From positions 3,013-67,012 of the IMG/VR virus record IMGVR_UViG_3300032083_001576: a DNA stretch of 64,000 nt; one strand, written 5' to 3'. Of the stretch, positions 28,387-38,877 are shown piece after piece. A program made the translations under genes and the position numbers. Below the pieces are notes generated by a model. That model was not told the origin of the DNA. It saw only the letters and a list, made by a program, of their open reading frames with translations, and ran no database searches. The stretch comes from a virus. Each line of letters begins with the position of its first letter. Position 1 is the stretch's first letter.

Positions 28387-30891
28387 TTAGAAAAACCTCT
28401 CTAATGTATTTGCTTTATCAACAGGCATATCCCATTTCAATGCCTCATAAAACATTCTGATTTTCTTTTCTAATGCTCTTGTGAATAATTTATCGTAATC
28501 TATGTTTTGTTCAATGAACTCCATAATCTTTGGTGGGTCATCATAACCTTTGAAAGCGATTTGTTTAATATTCATCGTGTTTGGTTTTAAATAAATCCAC
28601 TTAATCTTTTCTGATGATTTGATTTTCTCAAAGTTATTTAATCCCCAATACTTTAACAAATCATTGTAAACCCAAGCCGCTTTAACGTGAACAGGTGTTC
28701 CTTTCTTCATATTGGTAAACACAGCATCTCTTGGTGTTGAATCTTTGAACTTAGATAATTTTTTAACACCAGTTGGTAAAGAGATGTTCTGTATATCAGA
28801 TGTTTTCATTTCTTTCTTGAACTTCAATATCTTTTCATCAATCACATCTTTATCCACATCACCCAATATATCTTTCAATACTTGTGTCATCAAATCTCTC
28901 ATAGCTGGTGGGAATGAACTACGAACAATATCTAAACCTTTTACATCCAACTTATCACAAGTCAAACCACCATCGTTGATAATCCATTGTCCATATCTTT
29001 TCTTTGTAACCCAAAACGCTGACTTAGCCACACACTCTTGTTTAATATCAAATCTGTGTTCGTCACAATTTAGAAACTTTTTAGCGAACAAATTGTAAGA
29101 TTCATTGATATAATCTTGAACTACTTTCGCTGTTTCTAATATCTTTTCCGTCATAAATTTATCATCTGTCAAGTCAGCGTTTGGGAAATCTTTTTTAACC
29201 AATGGAACAGCCGAGTAAAATACTGAATCTGTATCTGTGTAAATACAATAATCCTCTTTATCTCCAAGCTTACCATTGTAATAACTATTAGCAATCTTCT
29301 CTGTAAATTTAATTAACTCTTGACCAGTTACAGTAGTGGCCTCTGCATTGTCCACATCATAGAATCTAAACACAGGTAATCCCAACACACCATAAAGTGA
29401 ATTTAATACAATCTTCTGAACGTGTTGTCTTCTTTTAAAGTATCCATGTTGTTCGTCATCACCCTCTTCACCATATTTCTTCATCAATCTTTTATACTCA
29501 ACTCTTTCATCAAACCACTTGGATAACAATGAAGGAATCAAACCTTTCTTATCATTACGATACAGAATACCATTTGAAGATATGGATACTTTGTTCTTTT
29601 CAAACATTTGTTTCAATTCTTCATTATTCATATGCCCTTGAGTTTTACCATTCTTTTCTAATGAATAAGTTTTATTCACACCTTTGATAAACTCCTCAGC
29701 ATTCCAACCATTCACTTTACCAATCTTCATCTCAGGTGAAATATTCAACGACATAATAACTGATGGATACATAGAGGTTAAATCCAAATCAAACACCCAA
29801 TTGTATTTACCAGGTTTAGGGTCTTTCACATAAGCACCTGTGAACTTGTCATCATCACTACGATTCATTTTTTCTCTAGCATCCAATGCTTTGTTTGGTG
29901 CAACTACTCCAATGTTTTGTAGATAAACCAAAATAGCACCCTCCAAGTATCTACTACTGAAAAATATGTCCTCATAAGGAACGTGTCCAACGTGAGCCAG
30001 TGCTTTAGCCAAATCAATAAACTTCAACTTGTCATCAAGTTTCTTAACAATAATAACGTCATTCAAGTTATATTCAATATACTTATCAATATCCGTTTCA
30101 TATAAATCTTGTAGTGTTCCTTCAAATTCTATCTTACCAAGTCCAACTTCTAATTGTCCAATGTAATCTAATCTATATGAGGATTGTTGTGTATAGGTAA
30201 ACCACTTGTAAAGTGATAAGTAATCCAAACAAGAAACACCAGCGATTTTAAATCTACGTTTATTCTCATTGTAATAAACTTCACCGATTGGTGATAATGC
30301 ATTTGCAAATGAATCACCCATAACTCGTTTAGTTCTATTGTATAAATAAGGAATATCAAATCCATCAATGTTCCAACCACTTAATATTGTTGGATTGATT
30401 TCAAGATATTTTTGATAAAATCTTTGTAGTAATTCTTCTTCTGAATGAAATGATTCTACGACATCTGTATTTGGAACATCACCTAAAACATAACAATGAT
30501 AGGAATCCATTGTTTTATCATATAGTGCAATAGCTGTAATCTTGTTCTCAGCTCTTTGTGGGTCTGGAAAACCATCCGTTACCTCACACTCAATATCAAA
30601 GAAAACTTCTCTATGTCCTACTGATGGCTCTTCTGAATCAGGATACATATCAACCAATGTTCTGGTTTCAATAGGAACGTCTGATTCAAACACTCTTCCG
30701 TTTTTAATATCATCACCAGTCCAAAAGTTTACTTTCTTTAACTTGTCACCATACAAGGAACGATATGTGCCTGTCTGTGATTTTAAGTACGCGTATGGTT
30801 TGTACTGAAACTTTTGATAACCTGTTTTATCATCCCAAAGATGAATTTCATTAGAAGTTTTACTTCTTTTAACATAAATGTTTTGATACAA
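28387..30891 (-). CDS. gp43: family B DNA polymerase (gp43-like)
   Basis: Exo DIE, GWNIDGFD, YNLND; DLTSMYPS, KIVLNSLYG, YTDTDS; C-terminal clamp-binding-like TLERFF. Confidence 0.97.
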   Translation of the reverse strand: MYQNIYVKRSKTSNEIHLWDDKTGYQKFQYKPYAYLKSQTGTYRSLYGDKLKKVNFWTGDDIKNGRVFESDVPIETRTLVDMYPDSEEPSVGHREVFFDIECEVTDGFPDPQRAENKITAIALYDKTMDSYHCYVLGDVPNTDVVESFHSEEELLQRFYQKYLEINPTILSGWNIDGFDIPYLYNRTKRVMGDSFANALSPIGEVYYNENKRRFKIAGVSCLDYLSLYKWFTYTQQSSYRLDYIGQLEVGLGKIEFEGTLQDLYETDIDKYIEYNLNDVIIVKKLDDKLKFIDLAKALAHVGHVPYEDIFFSSRYLEGAILVYLQNIGVVAPNKALDAREKMNRSDDDKFTGAYVKDPKPGKYNWVFDLDLTSMYPSVIMSLNISPEMKIGKVNGWNAEEFIKGVNKTYSLEKNGKTQGHMNNEELKQMFEKNKVSISSNGILYRNDKKGLIPSLLSKWFDERVEYKRLMKKYGEEGDDEQHGYFKRRQHVQKIVLNSLYGVLGLPVFRFYDVDNAEATTVTGQELIKFTEKIANSYYNGKLGDKEDYCIYTDTDSVFYSAVPLVKKDFPNADLTDDKFMTEKILETAKVVQDYINESYNLFAKKFLNCDEHRFDIKQECVAKSAFWVTKKRYGQWIINDGGLTCDKLDVKGLDIVRSSFPPAMRDLMTQVLKDILGDVDKDVIDEKILKFKKEMKTSDIQNISLPTGVKKLSKFKDSTPRDAVFTNMKKGTPVHVKAAWVYNDLLKYWGLNNFEKIKSSEKIKWIYLKPNTMNIKQIAFKGYDDPPKIMEFIEQNIDYDKLFTRALEKKIRMFYEALKWDMPVDKANTLERFF

Positions 30892-30917
30892 TTAATACCT
30901 CTTTTTATCTGTAACAT

Positions 30918-30947
30918 AATATACAACATTTTAGCCATTCGAGTCAA
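30918..30947 (-). promoter_or_regulatory. early promoter TTGACT-N18-TATATT
   Basis: Conserved repeated motif upstream of PolB. Confidence 0.8.
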
Positions 30948-30957
30948 GCTTTTTCTT

Positions 30958-31344
30958 TTACGAACCAAATATTTTTTTCTTTCCACCATCATATTCGTAA
31001 GCGTGTCCGTTTTCTTTCAGTAATTCATTTATTGAAGATTCGTGTCCTTTTACGAATAGTTCGCCGAGGACTCGTCCATATTTCCCAACTCCGTGAGATT
31101 TTAATAAGAACTTGCCCTCGTCTGAATTTTCTAATAAATCTTTTACATATTCTTTAGCAGCTAATCCTTTTTTCTTTTCTTCGAGATTACGAGTTCTACT
31201 TTCCCAGGTGTCAACGCCAAAAAATCTAATTCTCTTCTTAACCCAAGTATCAAAACCCAAGTCAATAAGAGCATCACAAGTGTCGCCATCGACAACTCTT
31301 TGAAGTCTCGCTGAGTAAATATGTTTATCCATTTTCTTTGCCAT
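30958..31344 (-). CDS. thermonuclease (SNase-like) family protein
   Basis: RVVDGDT, RIRFFGVDTWE, GKYGRVLG. Confidence 0.9.
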   Translation of the reverse strand: MAKKMDKHIYSARLQRVVDGDTCDALIDLGFDTWVKKRIRFFGVDTWESRTRNLEEKKKGLAAKEYVKDLLENSDEGKFLLKSHGVGKYGRVLGELFVKGHESSINELLKENGHAYEYDGGKKKIFGS

Positions 31345-31354
31345 TTCATATCTC

Positions 31355-31798
31355 CTATATAAATATACTTAAAATTATCAATCCTAAACCAATACCAGCT
31401 ACAGCCCAATCGAATGCGTTTGAACGAGGTATTTCAATACCCATCATTTTCCACGGCCCTTTTATAACAAATGGGTTGTCTGTTACTACATAATTCAATG
31501 CTCTTTCATAGACGAAATATCCTATCATCCAAGAACCTAAAAATGTAAGTGATAAACTCCAAAAAGATGTGAATAAGAATGCTGAAAAAATACTTCCTAC
31601 CATTCCAATGTTTTCACCTAATCTCCAAGCGTGGTAATCCAAATAACCAACACCATCTCTTTTACCTTTTGTAATTGAACCGAAGATTAATTTATTTTCT
31701 TTTCTTCGTTTTGCTTTTGCCCAAGTGTATCCTTCTGTACAACCTTCACTTAACCAATAAGTAACCATTGTTATTGTAAATAGTAATTGTCCTAACAT
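31355..31798 (-). CDS. membrane protein
   Basis: About four hydrophobic segments. Confidence 0.7.
   Translation of the reverse strand: MLGQLLFTITMVTYWLSEGCTEGYTWAKAKRRKENKLIFGSITKGKRDGVGYLDYHAWRLGENIGMVGSIFSAFLFTSFWSLSLTFLGSWMIGYFVYERALNYVVTDNPFVIKGPWKMMGIEIPRSNAFDWAVAGIGLGLIILSIFI
31356..31366 (-). promoter_or_regulatory. late-type promoter motif ATATTTATATA
   Basis: Motif directly followed by GGAG SD of the nuclease gene; overlaps end of upstream ORF. Confidence 0.5.
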
Positions 31799-31815
31799 TT
31801 ATTTTCTCCTATTGT

Positions 31816-33672
31816 TTAGACTATTTCACAAACACCACCAGCACAAGCAAGTTCACCTTTTAAATCGGTATCATCTTGTTCTTCAGTAATTCGTGCTAAG
31901 TTGATGTTCTTTAGTGTTTCCACCATTTTGTCATAAGTTGCTTCTTCACAATCTTCAAATGGTGCTTGTTTATAAGTTCCACCATCATAAGGCAATATAC
32001 TTAATCCATTGTATGCTTTCTTATTTTTCCACATCCATTGTCCTATGTCTTCCCACTCGTGTTCTTTAACCGATATTGTTGCTGATACATTATGTGTATT
32101 CATTCCACTACGATGTCCTTTCTTGACATAATTCTCACTAATGAATTTTACTCTTTCCAATAATTGAAATGCTGATTCAGTTCTCATTGTCGCTCCCTCA
32201 GGTGCTTTCTGTGGAACTGATATGACAGCCGTGTCGTGTGGTCTAAAGTATTCATCTTCAACTAAATCAGGATGGTTTCTTAATAAATATCCATAAATAG
32301 CCTCATTCTTACCAACTCTAATTCTTCTAATATAGTAATCATTGTGCCAAGCGTGGATACCACTTGATGTTCCTAATGTTAATGATGTTGTTCCAGCAGG
32401 TTTTACCGTTGTACATCTTGCAGCTGGTTTGACACCAATTAATTCTGCCACTCTTTTGTTTTCTTCTTTTACTACGTTAGCAGCTTCTGTTACATCCAAG
32501 TCATCTAATTTATTAGAAGCGATTCCAGTCATTGATACTCCAATTAGGGCATCCTTTTGTGTTGTTCTTTCCCATACAGGTCTTAAATAATGAAAGTCTG
32601 TATAACCAGCTTGTAGTGTTCCAATGAATGCACCAGCCTTTACTCTTTCATTTAAGTCTTCTTGTGATTCAACATTTGAGACATTCACTTCTGTTAAATT
32701 ACAGAATTGATATGGACGTAGTGCGATTTCACAACAAGGATTAGTTCCCCAATCTTTATCATTGGTTAGATAAATACCTGGCTCTCCACTACCACTCGCT
32801 TTAATTTTTTCCCATAATTCAAAGAAAAACTCTTCTGTAATTTTAGAACGAACCAAAGCAGCTGAATTGTTTGCTCTACCTCTTTGTGGATTTGTTTCCC
32901 ACCAATTTCCATACTTACAAGAAATCATTGAGTCATCATCTGCTGAGAATAATGAAATCAAAGCTGCTCTTCTAATACCACCAGCCAACACAGCGTCTGC
33001 TATGTGACATACAATATCGTGAACTTCTAATGTGGTTAATTTATCACCATTGTCTTTTGTTCTCAATATACCATCAATCTTAACCAAACACTCTTTTAAT
33101 GGTTGAGGACCTGGCGCTTTACCACCACTTGTTACTAACTCCGCACCCTTTGGACGAATATCTGAAAAGTCAAATGTAATGTGTGAACCACCATAAAAAT
33201 AAGATTTAATCAATACTTTAACTGAATCAGCCCAACCTTCAATGGAATCACTAATTAAATATCTTCTTCTTCTTTTAAAATTTGGTAAATGTATTTCAGG
33301 TAATTGTTCAACGTGATGTCTTTGAACTGAATAACCAACACCTGTTCCACCCAATAATAAAAACATAACTTCCGAGAATGATTGCCAATTATCAATTGGT
33401 AGAAATGCACAATTATAAACTCTGTTTGGTGATATTTCAATTGGTTTACCAGCAAACTGCATACTCCTCATTGATGGTAATACTTTTTTATCCAACACCA
33501 TTTTATAAGCTTTATCTATTTGTGATTTTAATTCTGGATATTTCTTGATGTGCATTTGTTTATTTCTTTCCACCAATTCTTTCCACGTTTCTCTTCTTTT
33601 TTTCTCAGGTAAATACCTTGCGTATTTCATATAGACAGTAATGTCCGACAATATTTTCGTTGAAATATCCAT
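31816..33672 (-). CDS. nrdJ: class II (B12-dependent) ribonucleoside-triphosphate reductase
   Basis: TNPCCEI, KPAGT, C-terminal CAGGVC; no small-subunit gene adjacent. Confidence 0.92.
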   Translation of the reverse strand: MDISTKILSDITVYMKYARYLPEKKRRETWKELVERNKQMHIKKYPELKSQIDKAYKMVLDKKVLPSMRSMQFAGKPIEISPNRVYNCAFLPIDNWQSFSEVMFLLLGGTGVGYSVQRHHVEQLPEIHLPNFKRRRRYLISDSIEGWADSVKVLIKSYFYGGSHITFDFSDIRPKGAELVTSGGKAPGPQPLKECLVKIDGILRTKDNGDKLTTLEVHDIVCHIADAVLAGGIRRAALISLFSADDDSMISCKYGNWWETNPQRGRANNSAALVRSKITEEFFFELWEKIKASGSGEPGIYLTNDKDWGTNPCCEIALRPYQFCNLTEVNVSNVESQEDLNERVKAGAFIGTLQAGYTDFHYLRPVWERTTQKDALIGVSMTGIASNKLDDLDVTEAANVVKEENKRVAELIGVKPAARCTTVKPAGTTSLTLGTSSGIHAWHNDYYIRRIRVGKNEAIYGYLLRNHPDLVEDEYFRPHDTAVISVPQKAPEGATMRTESAFQLLERVKFISENYVKKGHRSGMNTHNVSATISVKEHEWEDIGQWMWKNKKAYNGLSILPYDGGTYKQAPFEDCEEATYDKMVETLKNINLARITEEQDDTDLKGELACAGGVCEIV

Positions 33673-33722
33673 TCTTTTCTCCTCAATGTTTTGTGATATT
33701 TTAAAACCTTTTGGTTAGGTAT

Positions 33723-33732
33723 TTATAAATAT
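33723..33732 (-). promoter_or_regulatory. variant late-type motif ATATTTATAA upstream of nrdJ
   Basis: Intergenic partial match to the repeated motif. Confidence 0.4.
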
Positions 33733-33761
33733 CAATATAATAATTTCTTCTTAACTTTTTC

Positions 33762-33887
33762 TTACATTTCCCAATAATCATCTTCCATAATTACATGCGT
33801 TGGGTATATATTCCACTCTTCAAAATGTTCTTCTTTTTCTTCTTTTTTCTTAGTTCTGAACCCAACTGATTTTTTAACTTTTGCCAT
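33762..33887 (-). CDS. hypothetical protein, 41 aa (MAKVKKSVGFRTKKKEEKEEHFEEW...)
   Basis: TAATG overlap with upstream stop, GGAG SD; below ORF-track cutoff. Confidence 0.65.
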   Translation of the reverse strand: MAKVKKSVGFRTKKKEEKEEHFEEWNIYPTHVIMEDDYWEM

Positions 33888-34072
33888 TATTCATTCTCCC
33901 AAGCTTCATTTACATTAGGTGTAGATTTATCATCACCTCTGAATGTACCATCTGCTTTTCTAGCTCTTTTTCTTTTCTTTGGTTTTGGTTTTTCTTCTTT
34001 TCCAAAAACAAAATCACTTAACTCTTGAACCCATTCTTGAAATACTTGTAAGTCTGTTTTTTGTTTACTCAT
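33887..34072 (-). CDS. small hypothetical protein with RARxxxGxFxxDDxSTPxVNEAW motif
   Basis: 61 aa ORF overlapping helicase stop. Confidence 0.7.
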   Translation of the reverse strand: MSKQKTDLQVFQEWVQELSDFVFGKEEKPKPKKRKRARKADGTFRGDDKSTPNVNEAWENE

Positions 34073-35417
34073 TCATTAAATCCTCATATCTATTTGATAA
34101 CATTTTTTTCATTAAGTTATCTCTGTTATCTATTTTAGTTTGTTGTTCTTTACCACCAACAGAATTACCCTCATAGATTTCCATTTTACCAGTGTTGGTA
34201 TTTACCTTTGCTGGAAATGTCATACCATCAGGACCAAATCTGTTTTTAATTACATGGAATCTACCCGTGTTACCAATCTTATCTTCCACTTTTCTACTTA
34301 ATGACATCACAAAATCTGCTGTCATAATCTTTTGATATGATTCAGATACTTTCTGTGCCTCAATCACATCTTCATCTAATGCTGAACGATTAGCTTGTGA
34401 AGCCGTCCAAACAGGTATTTGAAACTCACCTGCAAGTCCTCTTAAATCTTCATAAATATTACCAAGTGCATGTCTGACTTCTCTTGAATTACCTGTATCT
34501 TTCAATATATCAGCATAATCCACAACCACCATATCTACTTGAGTTCCTAATGTTGTGATTCTTTTCAAGTGAGCTGATAAGGTATTCACACTAGCAGACT
34601 TGGTTGGATAATATTTAATAACCAAATCACCTTTTAATTTATCCATTTCTGATTGAACATCTTCTTTGTGATATTTTAGATTTTGATTTGCAATACCTGT
34701 AAAGATTGAATCATATCTTAGTCCCACATAAGATTCATTTAACTCAAGTGAGTAATGAACTATGTGTTTTCCTCTCTTCATCGCATTTGCACCAATAGCC
34801 GCTAACACCCAAGTCTTACCAACACCAGCAGGTGCAACAATCACACCAAGTTCACCACCACCCAATCCACCTTGAGTCAAGTCATCAATCACTTCCCAAC
34901 CAGTTTCAACTGTTGAACGAGCAGTTTCTGAGTATCTATCTTCAATGTGTTGAATGTATTCGTGTCCAATGTTTCTTTCTGTTCCTGCATTTAAAGCATC
35001 ATCTACTAATCTTTTAATTTGTTCAAAGTCACCTTTGGATTCCATAATTTCAACCGATTGAACAATTGCACTTTTCAATGTTTGATTTTTGAAAAAGTCT
35101 AATGCTTTGTCTTCAATGAAATCTAAATCAGGTGATTCCAAATGTCTAAACACCTCTTTTAGATTTTCAATGATTGATAATTTCAATACATCATTTTCAA
35201 CCTCTTGTGTTTTGACTTTAAATACATCAAGTGTAATACACTTTCTATATTCATCATAATATTTCTTACATTCTTTTACAACCCATTTTAGAGCGTCACT
35301 ATCAAAATGTTTTTCATCCAATATATCGTGTATTTGTTCTAAAAAGGTTTGATTCTTCATTAATGCAGAAATGGATTTTATCTGAAATGTATGTCCGAAA
35401 TCTGTTAATTTATCCAT
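34065..35417 (-). CDS. gp41: replicative DNA helicase (gp41/DnaB-like)
   Basis: APAGVGKT, SLEL, VVDYAD, TASQANR, KNRFG. Confidence 0.95.
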   Translation of the reverse strand: MDKLTDFGHTFQIKSISALMKNQTFLEQIHDILDEKHFDSDALKWVVKECKKYYDEYRKCITLDVFKVKTQEVENDVLKLSIIENLKEVFRHLESPDLDFIEDKALDFFKNQTLKSAIVQSVEIMESKGDFEQIKRLVDDALNAGTERNIGHEYIQHIEDRYSETARSTVETGWEVIDDLTQGGLGGGELGVIVAPAGVGKTWVLAAIGANAMKRGKHIVHYSLELNESYVGLRYDSIFTGIANQNLKYHKEDVQSEMDKLKGDLVIKYYPTKSASVNTLSAHLKRITTLGTQVDMVVVDYADILKDTGNSREVRHALGNIYEDLRGLAGEFQIPVWTASQANRSALDEDVIEAQKVSESYQKIMTADFVMSLSRKVEDKIGNTGRFHVIKNRFGPDGMTFPAKVNTNTGKMEIYEGNSVGGKEQQTKIDNRDNLMKKMLSNRYEDLMNE

Positions 35418-36474
35418 TCAATCCTCTAAATCTATCTAATCTTGTAAACTCCATAATCCAACTATCAAAGTTTTTTATATTAGATTGTAACTTATCCTTT
35501 ATAAACATTGTTTGAAATCTATACTTAACCAATTGTGGAACTTTACCATTCACCGCTCCTTGTATCTTCATTTTTGTATGATTCGGTATATCCACTTTAT
35601 TTAATTGCATTAGTAAATAATTTCGTTTAATAATATTACTACTTTTTTTTATATTTTCCAAGAGTTTTATTTTAGAATCTGTATTTTCTACAAAATTTAA
35701 TAAATCCATAGCTGTGAAATCTTCATCTTCTGTTAATTGTGGAATATATTTTATTAAGGATTTCAAACCAGCTCCTAGTACTCCGTTGATATTATCTGAT
35801 TTATCCCCATCCAAGATTCTATATGTTAACATATTTCTTGATGGTATTCCAAACTCTTCCAATACTGCTTGTTTATTATATAACTTCTTTTTCGTAGGAC
35901 TCCATACTTTCACTCTATCATCTACTAATTGTAAGAAGTCTTTATCTGTTGACATCAATATACAATCACTTTCTGGTAGTAATTGTTGTGAGATGTAAGC
36001 CATTGTGTCGTCTGCTTCAATTCCATCAACTGACACAAGTGTTAATGGTAATTGTTCCAAGTATTCAATCAATCTACCCATTTGTTGTCTCATAGATTGT
36101 TGTTCATCGGCTGGAGCTGTTCCCCAATCCACATTACGATTCAATCTACGTTTAACTTTACGAGTTCCTTTATACTCTGGAAAAATCTTTCTTCTTCTTT
36201 TACTTCCACCTTTTCCGTCAAATACAATGATACATCTTGATGGTTTCAATATATCACAACTATATCTAACTGATTTCATAAAACCAACCATACCACCAAT
36301 ATGTAATCCATCTTCATTTAACGCAGGATTAACTGCGAATGACCTGATAAATGTATTCAGGCCATCCACAATCAATACTCTGTCGTTAAGATGATTTACA
36401 GCTTTGTGTGTATCATCTTTTGTTTGGTCTAAAAAAGATAAATATTTTTCATTTAAATCTTTTTTAGAGTTCAT
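35410..36474 (-). CDS. 5'-3' exonuclease / RNase H (FEN-like)
   Basis: VDGLN, FDG, YKGTR, EADD, STDKDFLQL, GDKSDNI. Confidence 0.93.
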   Translation of the reverse strand: MNSKKDLNEKYLSFLDQTKDDTHKAVNHLNDRVLIVDGLNTFIRSFAVNPALNEDGLHIGGMVGFMKSVRYSCDILKPSRCIIVFDGKGGSKRRRKIFPEYKGTRKVKRRLNRNVDWGTAPADEQQSMRQQMGRLIEYLEQLPLTLVSVDGIEADDTMAYISQQLLPESDCILMSTDKDFLQLVDDRVKVWSPTKKKLYNKQAVLEEFGIPSRNMLTYRILDGDKSDNINGVLGAGLKSLIKYIPQLTEDEDFTAMDLLNFVENTDSKIKLLENIKKSSNIIKRNYLLMQLNKVDIPNHTKMKIQGAVNGKVPQLVKYRFQTMFIKDKLQSNIKNFDSWIMEFTRLDRFRGLNG

Positions 36475-37582
36475 CCACTACCTCATCGGTTTCTTCCACA
36501 TCATCAATACCAAGTTCTTGTGAATCATATTTTAGAATACAAGCTTCACAGATTCTTGAATAACAATACTCTCTGAGTTCATCATTAGTATTCATTAATT
36601 CTTCGAAATCTTTTGATTGAAATTTGTGTTCTTTAATTAATTCACCAGTTTCAGTATCAATCTGTGGTAATGTATACCAAGAACCACCAACTTTACAGAT
36701 TTTGTGTTCTTTCATTACAGTTAACCAACTATCAAAATCAGCGATACCTTTATCAAAATACAATGGAAACTCTGCAGTTCTCATTGGTGGACCAAGACGA
36801 TTCTTAATCACCTGTCCTTTGATTTTAATACCGATGGTGTTCTTACTACCATCTTTGATTTGTCCAGCGTTTTTGAACCTAACACGAGTCGATGAATGAA
36901 ACGGTAGAGCTTTACCACCTGATGTAGTCCAGGGGTCTCCAAACATTACACCTAACTTTTGTCTTAACTGATTAGTGAAAACAAGTGCGACTTTTTGTCT
37001 AGCAATCATTTGAGTTATTTTTCTCATAGCTTTTGATATGATGATTGCTTTGGCCGTAGCCCAACCATCTTTATCAAAGTCAGCGTCCATTTCTACTTTC
37101 GTAGAAGCAGCTGCTAATGAGTCAACTAAAATAGTTACTAACTTGTCCTTATTTGATTCTCTGATTTTAGTAACAATCGTTTCAATAGTATCAAATATTT
37201 CTTCAACAGTTTCCAAGTGAACATATAACATTTTCTTAGTATCCACACCAATAGCTCTCAAAAATTCTTGAGATACTGCTGATTCGGTATCTATGTAAAC
37301 TGCTATACCATCTTTTCTTTGTGTTGAAGCCAATAAATGAGAACCTATCAAAGACTTACCACTACCTTCCAAACCATTCAATTCTGTTATTTTACCTACA
37401 CCAATACCTCCATTAGGTCTATTGGAAATAGCTAAATCTAACATTGTTGAACCTGTTGAAATGAAATCCGTCACATCAGTTGGATTACTATCTTCTTCTA
37501 AGAAGTATGCAACTTGTTGATGTTTGAATTGTTTATTCAGTTCATCGGCAATTATCCCAGCCAATTCGTCTTTTTCTGACAT
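36464..37582 (-). CDS. uvsX: RecA/UvsX recombinase
   Basis: GLEGSGKS, YIDTE, VDSLAA, NQLR, SGGKAL, KNR. Confidence 0.95.
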   Translation of the reverse strand: MSEKDELAGIIADELNKQFKHQQVAYFLEEDSNPTDVTDFISTGSTMLDLAISNRPNGGIGVGKITELNGLEGSGKSLIGSHLLASTQRKDGIAVYIDTESAVSQEFLRAIGVDTKKMLYVHLETVEEIFDTIETIVTKIRESNKDKLVTILVDSLAAASTKVEMDADFDKDGWATAKAIIISKAMRKITQMIARQKVALVFTNQLRQKLGVMFGDPWTTSGGKALPFHSSTRVRFKNAGQIKDGSKNTIGIKIKGQVIKNRLGPPMRTAEFPLYFDKGIADFDSWLTVMKEHKICKVGGSWYTLPQIDTETGELIKEHKFQSKDFEELMNTNDELREYCYSRICEACILKYDSQELGIDDVEETDEVVDEL

Positions 37583-37603
37583 ATCGTTCTCCTAATGAAT
37601 TGA

Positions 37604-38368
37604 TTAATTATTAAATAAGTTATCAAATGCGTCTGAAACATCTGCTGTAGATTTAGTAGCTGTTTGTTCAGCAACTTTCTCAGTAGTGTTTGTTGGAGCA
37701 CTTTCTTCAGAATCATCAGATGGGTTTAGAAAGTTTTGTAAAACTTCTTTCAACTCATCATAAGTTGGTTCATTATAAAGTTCTGTTAAATCAGACTGAT
37801 TTTCAAAGATACCTTTTAACATGTCAGCATCTTCTGTGATAGCAGTTTGATTAGGTTTAACTCTTACAGTAGTTTTACCATATTGGTTACCAGCTTCAGC
37901 AGGTGTTTGTCTATCGATACCAATATCTCTACCATTAGTAGCATCTGTGATGTCACCATAATCAGGGTCAGCAATTACACTAAGTAATTCTTGATATACA
38001 GTTTTACCGAATCCCCAAAATTTAACACCTTCAGATTCTTTACCACGAACTACAACTGGTGCAAAAGTTCTCATTTTAGGTTCAAGTCTTTTACCTTGAA
38101 TCCATTCGTCTTTATTACCTGTTGATTTTAGTTTGTCAGCAAATTCAGCTACTGGGTCTGGTCTTCCAAATGAAAGAGGTGAAAGGTAAGTTTTATTATT
38201 ACCTAAGTTATAATGAAAGAATAACTCAATGAATGGGTTATCTTTATTATGTTTGTAAGGGACAATACGAACAACTTGTTGACCTGGTTCAGGCTTCCAA
38301 AAGTTATCTTTGGTGTTTGAAGTTGATTGTAATGTTGCGAGTTTGGATTTTATAGCGTTTATATCCAT
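37604..38368 (-). CDS. gp32: single-stranded DNA-binding protein (gp32-like)
   Basis: FWKP...VRIVP, DPV, WGFGKTVY, GDITD; acidic C-tail ending DAFDNLFNN. Confidence 0.85.
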   Translation of the reverse strand: MDINAIKSKLATLQSTSNTKDNFWKPEPGQQVVRIVPYKHNKDNPFIELFFHYNLGNNKTYLSPLSFGRPDPVAEFADKLKSTGNKDEWIQGKRLEPKMRTFAPVVVRGKESEGVKFWGFGKTVYQELLSVIADPDYGDITDATNGRDIGIDRQTPAEAGNQYGKTTVRVKPNQTAITEDADMLKGIFENQSDLTELYNEPTYDELKEVLQNFLNPSDDSEESAPTNTTEKVAEQTATKSTADVSDAFDNLFNN

Positions 38369-38386
38369 TTTGTTTCTCCTATGTGT

Positions 38387-38429
38387 TTTATCGTTTATCG
38401 TTTATTAGTTATGGTTAATTTAACCATAA
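38387..38429 (-). promoter_or_regulatory. gp32 leader: perfect inverted repeat plus 7-bp tandem repeats (candidate translational operator)
   Basis: ttatggttaa-t-ttaaccataa at 38409..38429; tttatcg x2 + tttatta at 38387..38407. Confidence 0.55.
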
Positions 38430-38452
38430 AACCTATTTAATTCTATCTCTAC

Positions 38453-38482
38453 AATATATATCAAAAAAGCAATATAAGTCAA
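38453..38482 (-). promoter_or_regulatory. early promoter TTGACT-N18-TATATT
   Basis: Conserved repeated motif upstream of gp32. Confidence 0.8.
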
Positions 38483-38877
38483 GCTTTTTTTTCATTTTTT
38501 TCAAATTTTTTCCATTTTTTTATTGGACACTCTGCTGTGGCGTAATGTGTCTTTACATTCATAAAACAACCACACTCTGTACATCGTCCATCTTTTTTAT
38601 CCGTTTCAGGATTGACTTCATCATATAATAAATGAGGGCATTGTTTACAGATTTCCCATCTTTGTTCTGCCACCTCTTGGGGAACAATTACATGTTTTCC
38701 CCTCATAAAGGCTTTTAAACTTCTCCAGTGAGTTACAGCCAAGTCTCGAACCATTTGAGATGTTGGTGGAAGTTTCTTTTCTTTCTTTAACATTTCCTCT
38801 GATTTTTTGATATTTTTTAACTCTTGTTCCGTAGCCTCTCTATCTATTGTTGGTTTTGGTTTAAATTTAAAACTCAT
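38479..38877 (-). CDS. Cys-rich metal-binding protein (DUF6171-like)
   Basis: RWEICKQC...RCTECGC...CPIKKW. Confidence 0.7.
   Translation of the reverse strand: MSFKFKPKPTIDREATEQELKNIKKSEEMLKKEKKLPPTSQMVRDLAVTHWRSLKAFMRGKHVIVPQEVAEQRWEICKQCPHLLYDEVNPETDKKDGRCTECGCFMNVKTHYATAECPIKKWKKFEKNEKKA

Noticed and set aside
31355-31798. Membrane protein as holin partner of the GH108 lysin
   Set aside because: 19 kb from the lysin and no holin-specific features; only hydrophobicity supports it.
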